Below, piece after piece: positions 1 to 7,430 of a DNA stretch of 26,417 bases (the first letter of the stretch is position 1; the number at the start of each line of letters is the position of its first letter). Where the stretch lies: IMG/VR virus record IMGVR_UViG_3300046450_001015, positions 1-26,417 of that record; one strand, 5' to 3'. Origin of the DNA: a virus. Its lineage: Duplodnaviria > Caudoviricetes. Both the position numbers and the translations under genes were made by a program. Below the pieces are notes generated by a model, which was not told where the DNA came from, searched no databases, and saw nothing but the letters and a program-made list of their open reading frames with translations.

Positions 1-859
1 CGCGCTGTGGGTTTTCGATAAACCAATTACCAGTTTTTGCAACCATCATTTCCTCGTCATCTGGCGAGAATAAACAGATAGTCGCAGAGCGGCGCACACC
101 ACCTGCTAACACTGCGTCTGCGGCGTGCATAGAGATATCATAAACATGTATAGGTTGCAACCTTGTGACGCCTGCTAGCACCAGCGACTGCAACAGATGT
201 TCAATCTTATCAAGAGCCTTGCGGAGAGGTTCAGGGCCCGGGGCCTTAAACCCACCAGAGATTTCCGCGCCTTGTGGACGGATTTCTGACAAATCAAAAT
301 ATACCTTACGGGCCTCAAAGTCGGGGAAAGTGCCGCCACCAACAAAATAGGATGACAATAGGACACCTAGAGCATCTGCCCAACCCTCAATCGAATCTTC
401 CACTTTCCAGCCTTTTGCTTGTTTTTTGCGCTCACTGATATCTGGAATTTTTGCAACGTGGTGTTTTTGGACAGAGAAACCCGCACCGGCACCACACAAC
501 AAAATATAAAATAATTCTTGAAAATATGCTGCGCGATCTGCATAGGAAGATGTGCAGTTATACATACGCATTTGATGTTTCAGTAGTTGATCACCACCAA
601 ATTGTAATGCTCTCTGAGCACCCAATGTATATTGCAATTTATATGCGGCCTCTGCCTCATCAATCAATAAATTTAATTCCGGTGACATTGTGTGTTTGTA
701 GTAACCACGATGCATATTCATGACTCGCGTGACCGATTCATCCCAACTTTCGTATCTTTCTTCATCTTCTAACCAGCGCGAATATGACTCATAAAATTTT
801 GCCTGAGACATAACATTTCTGGCATCGGAATCCTTAATAGTATTAACTAATTTTAACAT
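1..859 (-). CDS. nrdJ: Class II (adenosylcobalamin-dependent) ribonucleoside-triphosphate reductase, N-terminal part; runs off the window edge
   Basis: Not in the ORF track; translated by hand from ATG at 859 (GAGGGAAG upstream): MLKLVNTIKDSDARNVMSQAKFYESYSRW...YESWDESVTRV...GAQRALQFGG...MYNCTS...LLCGAGAGFSVQ...VEDSIEGWAD...DLSEIRPQGAEISGGFKAPGPEPL...AVLAGGVRRSATICLF, typical of monomeric RTPR-type NrdJ. Confidence 0.9.
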   Translation of the reverse strand, partial: MLKLVNTIKDSDARNVMSQAKFYESYSRWLEDEERYESWDESVTRVMNMHRGYYKHTMSPELNLLIDEAEAAYKLQYTLGAQRALQFGGDQLLKHQMRMYNCTSSYADRAAYFQELFYILLCGAGAGFSVQKHHVAKIPDISERKKQAKGWKVEDSIEGWADALGVLLSSYFVGGGTFPDFEARKVYFDLSEIRPQGAEISGGFKAPGPEPLRKALDKIEHLLQSLVLAGVTRLQPIHVYDISMHAADAVLAGGVRRSATICLFSPDDEEMMVAKTGNWFIENPQR

Positions 860-887
860 ATACTTCCCTCTTTTTTGTGGATATTTT

Positions 888-1901
888 TCAGCATCTTCTC
901 CAAGATGCTAGTTTGAGTCTTGCCTCTAAACTTTTATGCGTGTTTCTACTTATAATGCTCCGCAATTCGAAACTGTCAATTCCAGACAGGATAACATCGT
1001 TAATATCTTTTTCTTTTATCTTTTCTGGCCACAAAAATACTGAAAAACCATATTCGATAGCACTTTCGATTTTCTTCACTATCTCTTTGTTTCTCGGCTC
1101 ATTATCGTATATGAAAACAACATCGGAAAAATCATCGAAAAACGACTTATCTATATCACTACCCGCCATCGCAACGGCGTTATCTAGGAAAAGTGAGTCC
1201 AACGGTCCTTCCGTTATGTATGTCGTTTCCGTAGGATCGACACGATCCAACCCATATATTTTAGGAACATCTTTAACCTTGATAGTGATATATCGCATCG
1301 AATTATTTGGATCGAGACTGCGCCCCTGCAACGCGATTAGTTCACACTTTTCATTAAAGAACGGTATGACAATACGTTTTTCGTTTCTTGGTATATTATG
1401 CCCCTTGGAAACCTTATCAACCACCAATTTAAAATCTGGCGTATGGTATAGGACATCGAGCTTTGGTAGTTGTCGGCCGACACAGTACATCCGACTCGGA
1501 TGAGTTTCATGCAAATCGGAGATGCGCTCACCATATTCGAACGCACATTTGGTTGTAAATTTTGGTTTGAAATCGAATTTATATGCGACAGCATTATCAA
1601 TCTTTTCGGGTACATCGGTATTCTTACCATGTTTCCATTTTTCCATAATATATTCTTCGTACAACGAAACGTTTAATTGTTTTAATAGGGCAGACAACCC
1701 CATACCCGCACCACAATTATGGCACATGTATCTAAATTTACCCTTTTTCTCATAGATAAACCCTCGCATTTTATACGACTTCTTCTGCGAGTCACCACAG
1801 AGGGGACACCGGCAGTTATATAGGTTTTGTTTTTTCTCTACGAAACCTTCGAGCTGGGGGGAAAGTCTTTGAATATAGGCCTTGTCAATATATATCATCA
1901 C
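888..1901 (-). CDS. 61: T4-like DNA primase (gp61)
   Basis: Zn finger NCRCPLCGDS...YMCHNCG, RIVIPFF...QGRSL, TOPRIM ITEGPLDSLF and YDNEPRN, KDIND. Start is GTG 1901 or ATG 1898. Confidence 0.95.
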   Translation of the reverse strand: MMIYIDKAYIQRLSPQLEGFVEKKQNLYNCRCPLCGDSQKKSYKMRGFIYEKKGKFRYMCHNCGAGMGLSALLKQLNVSLYEEYIMEKWKHGKNTDVPEKIDNAVAYKFDFKPKFTTKCAFEYGERISDLHETHPSRMYCVGRQLPKLDVLYHTPDFKLVVDKVSKGHNIPRNEKRIVIPFFNEKCELIALQGRSLDPNNSMRYITIKVKDVPKIYGLDRVDPTETTYITEGPLDSLFLDNAVAMAGSDIDKSFFDDFSDVVFIYDNEPRNKEIVKKIESAIEYGFSVFLWPEKIKEKDINDVILSGIDSFELRSIISRNTHKSLEARLKLASWRRC

Positions 1902-1925
1902 GATTCCAATTTAGTACATTAGACC

Positions 1926-1954
1926 AATATATACCAAATCTATGTGTTTGTCAA
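1926..1954 (-). promoter_or_regulatory. Sigma70-type (early) promoter for primase/nrdJ
   Basis: Minus strand TTGACA (1954-1949), 17 nt, TATATT (1931-1926), intergenic. Confidence 0.75.
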
Positions 1955-1967
1955 TACCTTTAGAAAA

Positions 1968-2252
1968 TTATAACATAAAAAAATGTGCAGCACCGGCGGC
2001 AGAAATCGCGGCGGCAATCAACCAAAAGGCTTTCTGAAAAATGGCGGCAGTCCGGCCGTTCTCTTCGACGCGAGATGTGATATGATCGAGTTTTTCCGAA
2101 AACTTATTCATTCTCTCATAAGTCGTATTGTATTTTGAGTCCATTGCCAAGATTTTTTCTTCCGCTCTGGCAATGGAAATCATTGCTTCAGAAAGTTTAT
2201 CTATCTTTTCCTCTATTCTGTCAAATCGTGCAGAACTATTCAAATCGTCCAT
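1968..2252 (-). CDS. Small coiled-coil protein with C-terminal transmembrane helix (possible holin/XhlA-like)
   Basis: Heptad-like N-terminus, hydrophobic tail AFWLIAAAISAAGAAHFFML, GAGGA SD, directly after the spanin-like pair. Function inferred. Confidence 0.55.
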   Translation of the reverse strand: MDDLNSSARFDRIEEKIDKLSEAMISIARAEEKILAMDSKYNTTYERMNKFSEKLDHITSRVEENGRTAAIFQKAFWLIAAAISAAGAAHFFML

Positions 2253-2257
2253 TCTTG

Positions 2258-2623
2258 TTATTCCTCTTGATTATTATCAGGCTCATAATATCTTTTATAT
2301 TCCACAATTATTATCTTCTGTTCGCCTATATATCGTTTCATGTCGGTTACAGTCAAAGACAAATTCTCATACGAATCTTCGTCTACTGCAAATAAAGCTA
2401 TACTCTTACCTTCGGATCTTAATTTCTCAACAACATCATTATAATTATCCGGTGTTACTACAATAAATTCAAAATCTTTCCATACGATATTCGCGGGCCG
2501 GTTTAAACCAAGTGGTATTTTTTCAATCAATCTTTCTTCGACAATAACTTTAGGTTCTGGGGTTAGTGTCGAACAAGCGCTCATAAACAAAGTGGTAATC
2601 AATAATATAATATATTTATTCAT
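2258..2623 (-). CDS. Lipoprotein, putative o-spanin (Rz1-like)
   Basis: Signal peptide and lipobox MNKYIILLITTLFMSA-C, Pro-containing N-region, ATGA overlap with the upstream TM/coiled-coil gene. Confidence 0.7.
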   Translation of the reverse strand: MNKYIILLITTLFMSACSTLTPEPKVIVEERLIEKIPLGLNRPANIVWKDFEFIVVTPDNYNDVVEKLRSEGKSIALFAVDEDSYENLSLTVTDMKRYIGEQKIIIVEYKRYYEPDNNQEE

Positions 2624-3018
2624 TTTTCACTTTCCATAATATCGATCAGTCCATCTCTCAAATCATTTTTTATCGCTTTATTTATAACACTTTCGACTAG
2701 GCCCGGTTTATTCTCTGCGAGAAATCCCAAGTCATGTTTAGAAAGTTTATCTCTTAATGCTGTTACTTCACCTGTCAGTTTTGCGCTCTTGTTTCTTATT
2801 CGTGTGTTTGTTTCTCTAACTTCTATTACATTCTCGTTAAGTCTTACGATCTCTGCATCTTTACTTGTGATCGCATCTTCATATTTAGAATTATTTATCT
2901 TCAGTGTGTCTATGTTATTTTTCAGTCGGTCTATGTAAAAATAGCCGCCAGTTATCGTGGCCACAAGTGCTAGTACCAAATATATCTTCATTCCTTTAAA
3001 CATAGATAATAAAAACAT
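2620..3018 (-). CDS. Putative i-spanin (Rz-like)
   Basis: N-terminal TM (IYLVLALVATITGGYFYI) then long coiled coil; paired with a lipoprotein gene. Confidence 0.65.
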   Translation of the reverse strand: MFLLSMFKGMKIYLVLALVATITGGYFYIDRLKNNIDTLKINNSKYEDAITSKDAEIVRLNENVIEVRETNTRIRNKSAKLTGEVTALRDKLSKHDLGFLAENKPGLVESVINKAIKNDLRDGLIDIMESEK

Positions 3019-3026
3019 TGCGGTTC

Positions 3027-3671
3027 CTACAAATCCCTTTGCATAATAACCATGCTCCCAAGTGTTGCATCCTGCAACACTACTTTGGCCCTTGGATTCT
3101 TTTTAATATATTCGCGGATTTCTACCGCATCTTCTCTGCGGAGAAATTTATCCCACCTAGAATGTTTTTTCTTGCCCTGTAAGAATTTGTTATACGAATC
3201 CGATGGGACTTTAAATCCTTTCATACCCGCAAATGTAAATGGTTTTTGGATAAAGTTACCCAAGTTTCCACCATCACCAACAGAATTTACAATCTCCTCT
3301 TTCAACATTTTATTTTCATGCAACTTCTCTTCAAGAGTGTTGATATGGTCAATAAAAATATGTTCGAGTAAAATCTTATCCGGATGCGCCACTTCCACAC
3401 TGTCTCGAAGTAGTGCTATTGCCGCAGAATATGTTGCAATTCTGGAGCGGCCGCCGGGAAACTTAGCCAGCAATCTCTTCATATTGAAAATAATTTTGTG
3501 AAATATCGTGTAAGATTTTTTCTCATCATTAGTTTTCAACTCTCCCATTTTTTTCAACTGTTTTCCGTCGGCATCGACAACGCCCTGCGTAAACGCATCG
3601 GAATCTTTCCATGGCGTTGTTAGAATTTTTATAAATTGATATGCAAGATATGCATTAAATACTGAAGCCAT
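3027..3671 (-). CDS. Conserved hypothetical protein of T4-like phages
   Basis: 214 aa ORF in operon, TAATG coupling; YQFIKILTTPW...AF..GVVDADG pattern recalled from T4-like phages; internal LHE/LKEE possible processing site. Confidence 0.7.
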   Translation of the reverse strand: MASVFNAYLAYQFIKILTTPWKDSDAFTQGVVDADGKQLKKMGELKTNDEKKSYTIFHKIIFNMKRLLAKFPGGRSRIATYSAAIALLRDSVEVAHPDKILLEHIFIDHINTLEEKLHENKMLKEEIVNSVGDGGNLGNFIQKPFTFAGMKGFKVPSDSYNKFLQGKKKHSRWDKFLRREDAVEIREYIKKNPRAKVVLQDATLGSMVIMQRDL

Positions 3672-4066
3672 TAAATATCCTCGAGTGCCCTAATTATTTT
3701 CATGTCTAAGTCTATATCACCCATATACATATTTTTGCCATTAATACCATAAATGGTTTCTGGTAATTTGTGCAAGAAATGTAAAAAACTGGCAAGTATG
3801 TAATGCTGTCTCTCCTCTATCTTCAGAAACAATATTCTACCACAAGACTCATTTCCCAGAACATTGAATAAAACCACCAGATGATTTATGACCAATCTTT
3901 CTTTTAATATGTTTTTGGTATGATACTTGTGAAAAAGTCGTTTAACGTACTTTATCCTTTTCATATCATCCAAAAATTCATCCATGCTGTGGCATTGCGG
4001 ATTGTCATAGGATTTCATCTGGTAGTTAAAAACATTAGATTCGTTCAAAATATCAAAGTTATTCAT
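3671..4066 (-). CDS. Conserved hypothetical protein of T4-like phages
   Basis: 131 aa; YDNPQC...EF.DD.KRIKY.KRL...LKERLVINHLVVLFNV pattern recalled from marine T4-like phages. Confidence 0.75.
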   Translation of the reverse strand: MNNFDILNESNVFNYQMKSYDNPQCHSMDEFLDDMKRIKYVKRLFHKYHTKNILKERLVINHLVVLFNVLGNESCGRILFLKIEERQHYILASFLHFLHKLPETIYGINGKNMYMGDIDLDMKIIRALEDI

Positions 4067-4094
4067 TATTACTCATTATCACTTCTTTAAAAAA

Positions 4095-4301
4095 TTAATC
4101 GTCTGTTTTCTTTTTCGCTGTTTTTTTCTTAGGGGCTTCTGCCTTTGGTTTTTCCGAAACCGTAAGGGCATCGATGCGGTCTTTCAGTGCACGTTTCGTG
4201 GCATATAGTTCGCCAGTTTTTTCGTTGACCCAACCTTTATTGGTTGCGACTGCGTTCTTCATCCATTTGCTGGGGGTTGCCCATTTTGGTAAATCTGTCA
4301 T
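4095..4301 (-). CDS. Small hypothetical protein, Lys-rich tail
   Basis: 68 aa, strong AGGAG SD, fills the gap in the operon. Confidence 0.7.
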   Translation of the reverse strand: MTDLPKWATPSKWMKNAVATNKGWVNEKTGELYATKRALKDRIDALTVSEKPKAEAPKKKTAKKKTDD

Positions 4302-4314
4302 GTTAATCTCCTAT

Positions 4315-7300
4315 TTAGATTGATGTTGCGATTTTCTTAGCGCGTTGTTTATTGCCATACTTTTCCATTGCCATTTTTTCAACTTCTTTCGCAACTTGTG
4401 CATCGTTATATTTAGGATTCATTTCGCGTACAATTTCTGACATCTCTTTGGCGTCCTGTTTATCAGAAGCCTCGATAAGATGTTCGACCTCTTCGCGGAA
4501 ACTGATATCCAACAATTTTTCTGTTGATTTTTTACCGATATGTTTTTTCAAAAGCATCGCAACATGCTCTCTGGGCTCCGTATCTATATTATTGATATAA
4601 GATTTCAGTTTGCGCGGATTTCCATCCCTTAAAAGATCTGCAACTCTCATAAATGTATTTTTGTCCATTCCACCGTTTTTCTTTGCATATGCCTCTAATT
4701 CTGCAGCAGCCTTTTCCATAGATGGGCCATGAACCATTTCATTAACAGTCTTTTTGTTGCGCTCAGATTTCTGATAAGCATTATACTCTTTACGGCGCTT
4801 ACCATTCTCTTCCTTTTCGGCAGGAGACATTTGAGACACTGGCTTTTTTGCTTCATTAAAATCGCCGGCGTCCGAATCTGATTGTTTATTGTCCCATCCA
4901 TCAAACCAACTGGTGCGAGCTTGACCTTTTTTCTTATATGGGTTATCTTTACGTTTTTCGCGGGACTCCCAAGCATCATTACCTTGTTTTTCCCAATCTT
5001 TCCAAGTTAATTTGCGCTCATCAATATCTACAGATTCATCTTTTTTTTCCCAAGGGGCCTTTTTCAAAGACACTTTATCTTTTGGCTGTGCATCTTTGTC
5101 GGCCTTTGCCAGTGCGCGAGCCTTCGCCTTTTCTTTAGAGGACATTGCTTCACCTAGTGGATTGGTTGATTTCTCGTGACCCCATCCCTTATCCTTCAGA
5201 GCAAGATGATCTTCATAGTCATTTTTTTTTTCGTCAATTTTCATCGCATGTTGGTGCATAGAAGTACGCAAAAAATTATCCAACGGTGAAATTTCTGTGC
5301 TCTCTTTTTGCAACTTCATCAAACCGTCCAGAACTGCCGCCATTGTACGATATGGACCTTGGTGGTTGCTGCTTGTTGCGAGCCCATCATTTCCAACTTT
5401 ACTTTGGAATTTGATATGAAAATATCCGGCCTTATCCTTAACAATCTTCGGTGCGCTGGCACCCATTGCATTTAATGCTTTTTGTACTTTGGCAAGATCG
5501 CGAGTGTCCATTACATATTTGTTACCAAGTTCGTTCAAGACCTCTTCTTTACGCAAGGATTGCAGATCACTACCATCAATTTTGCCATTTTTGTTCTTGT
5601 CGATTTTCTTTTGTTTCGGAGACAATTCCTCGTCTTTCATTTTTTTCTTTCCTTTTTGATCATAACCATCTCCGCAAGAATCGTCATTTTCCGACATGTT
5701 GTTTAGGGATTCTACAAATTTTCTCTCCTCAGCAGTCAAACTCTCGCCCATATTTGCATATGATCTGAATTTTGCAGGGGATGTTTGACGAGGCTCTTTA
5801 TGTGTCATTTTCTTTGCTTTTTTGAGATTGTCCATACCCTGCATCGCCCGATATTTGCCGCCGATTGCGCCGATACCACCATCGTCAATTTCTTTAAAAA
5901 CTCTCTTTGTATCAGATTCTAGTTTTTCCATTGTTCTTTGATACGTTGGTGAATTTCCAGTAGTTTGCATCATGCTTTCTAATTTTGTATGCATGTCTAT
6001 GATTTTCTGTATCTCTGCTAGCACTCGCTTAACAAATTTTACTTTATCATCTGGGATTTTTCCATATCCATAATACTGAAAGCCAGCCTCGATCTCTTTT
6101 GAAGACCATGTCCACTGTTTTTTTGCTTTGCGATGAAAATCTTCTGCTTCTTTTTTAAATTTCACAAACTCATTTCCACGATCTTTACCAGCCGATGGAA
6201 CTGTTGACCTTTGCACAAATCCAAGATGTTTGCCTGTCATTTTTTCAAGTTTGTCTAAGACTTTATTCAATCCCTTATCGACTAGATTTGTAACAATACC
6301 CTCGTCGAGCTCGACAGATTCAATGTACATATTTAATTCGAATGGGGTATTACCACCCTTATTATATACTTGCACGTTAAGTTGTTTTTTTACTGGTTTA
6401 CCACCTTTGGTGATAGTAAGATTATGTGAGTTGGTCTTACCTTCAGATGGTTTTCTTGGGCCCATGGCAACCTTGTCAGATACATCGTCCATATCGACTT
6501 CGTAACCACGTTTTTTTGCAACATCGTATGCATGTGACATTGCACCGGAATATGATTTGTGCATAATTGTGTAGTCGCTCTTGGCCTCGGTCTGTACCAT
6601 CGCATCTTCCTTTTTCATAATTTTATGTGCAATATTTACCAATTTTTCTAATGGAAGTTTGTCCATTTTTGTTTTGTTTGCGTCATTGACTTTATCATAA
6701 ATTTGTGTTATCATAGATGCAGTAAACATATCGACCAAAGTACCCTTAACTTTAGTGGCAGATTTGTTGTCTGCAATGTCGCGTAGCGCTGGAATCAAAC
6801 TCGCCTCGGATACCAAGTCAAAAGATTCCATTGCTTTCTTATTAGCACGGGCTGAAATAGATGATAAATTTTTCTTAGTCGAAGAAACTCTTGGTTTGCG
6901 TTTCTTTGCACCTTTTATATCAATCTTAGAGTCTGCATCGCGTTGTTGTTTAAGTCTATCTACACCAATCTTTGGGCCCTTTTCATCAAGTTCAACAGAT
7001 TCATTTTGTTTTTTCAAAACTGCCTGCACTTGGGGGTGTCCCGAAAGACCCTTTGCAATTTTTTCGATTGCTTTGGTCGCGCCAGTCATATTATTACCCG
7101 CATATCTGTCATCAGACGCAACACCAATGGCCATTTTCACCATCTTGGGCGTATATGCCTTTTCGTATAGACTTTCTTCTACAGATTTCTTCTTCCAGCC
7201 AGACTTATACATTTCTTTTTTCGCATCACCCATTCTACCGGACTTCGCAACACCTTCACTATCTTTGACACCCTTGTCTTCATGGTATCCCTTACCGCCG

Positions 7301-7374
7301 CAATGTTCACAACCATCCCCACCACATTTGGGACAGGGCAATTTTTCTTCGGTAGTGTTTTTTCTAATAGACAT
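4315..7374 (-). CDS. Large Lys/Glu-rich mosaic protein, putative internal head polyprotein
   Basis: 1019 aa behind a TATAAATA promoter and GGAGA SD. CxxCxGxG Zn-finger repeats at the N-terminus, EF-hand-like DKNKNGKIDGSD, RMF-like module, many x-x-E linkers (ESVELDE twice, ESVDIDE, SLYE, LVSE, VLNE, PLGE, HLIE). Confidence 0.7.
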   Translation of the reverse strand: MSIRKNTTEEKLPCPKCGGDGCEHCGGKGYHEDKGVKDSEGVAKSGRMGDAKKEMYKSGWKKKSVEESLYEKAYTPKMVKMAIGVASDDRYAGNNMTGATKAIEKIAKGLSGHPQVQAVLKKQNESVELDEKGPKIGVDRLKQQRDADSKIDIKGAKKRKPRVSSTKKNLSSISARANKKAMESFDLVSEASLIPALRDIADNKSATKVKGTLVDMFTASMITQIYDKVNDANKTKMDKLPLEKLVNIAHKIMKKEDAMVQTEAKSDYTIMHKSYSGAMSHAYDVAKKRGYEVDMDDVSDKVAMGPRKPSEGKTNSHNLTITKGGKPVKKQLNVQVYNKGGNTPFELNMYIESVELDEGIVTNLVDKGLNKVLDKLEKMTGKHLGFVQRSTVPSAGKDRGNEFVKFKKEAEDFHRKAKKQWTWSSKEIEAGFQYYGYGKIPDDKVKFVKRVLAEIQKIIDMHTKLESMMQTTGNSPTYQRTMEKLESDTKRVFKEIDDGGIGAIGGKYRAMQGMDNLKKAKKMTHKEPRQTSPAKFRSYANMGESLTAEERKFVESLNNMSENDDSCGDGYDQKGKKKMKDEELSPKQKKIDKNKNGKIDGSDLQSLRKEEVLNELGNKYVMDTRDLAKVQKALNAMGASAPKIVKDKAGYFHIKFQSKVGNDGLATSSNHQGPYRTMAAVLDGLMKLQKESTEISPLDNFLRTSMHQHAMKIDEKKNDYEDHLALKDKGWGHEKSTNPLGEAMSSKEKAKARALAKADKDAQPKDKVSLKKAPWEKKDESVDIDERKLTWKDWEKQGNDAWESREKRKDNPYKKKGQARTSWFDGWDNKQSDSDAGDFNEAKKPVSQMSPAEKEENGKRRKEYNAYQKSERNKKTVNEMVHGPSMEKAAAELEAYAKKNGGMDKNTFMRVADLLRDGNPRKLKSYINNIDTEPREHVAMLLKKHIGKKSTEKLLDISFREEVEHLIEASDKQDAKEMSEIVREMNPKYNDAQVAKEVEKMAMEKYGNKQRAKKIATSI

Positions 7375-7399
7375 TCATTCTCTCCGACATGTTTTTTAT

Positions 7400-7407
7400 T
7401 ATTTATA
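7400..7407 (-). promoter_or_regulatory. T4-type late promoter TATAAATA
   Basis: Exact gp55 late consensus in the intergenic gap, 26 nt upstream of the ATG at 7374. Confidence 0.8.
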
Positions 7408-7430
7408 ATTATCGATCACTTGCTAGGGGG

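Noticed and set aside
4312-4318. CTAAATA as a late promoter for the 68-aa gene
   Set aside because: It overlaps the upstream stop codon and the AGGAG SD, too close to the ATG to leave a usable leader.
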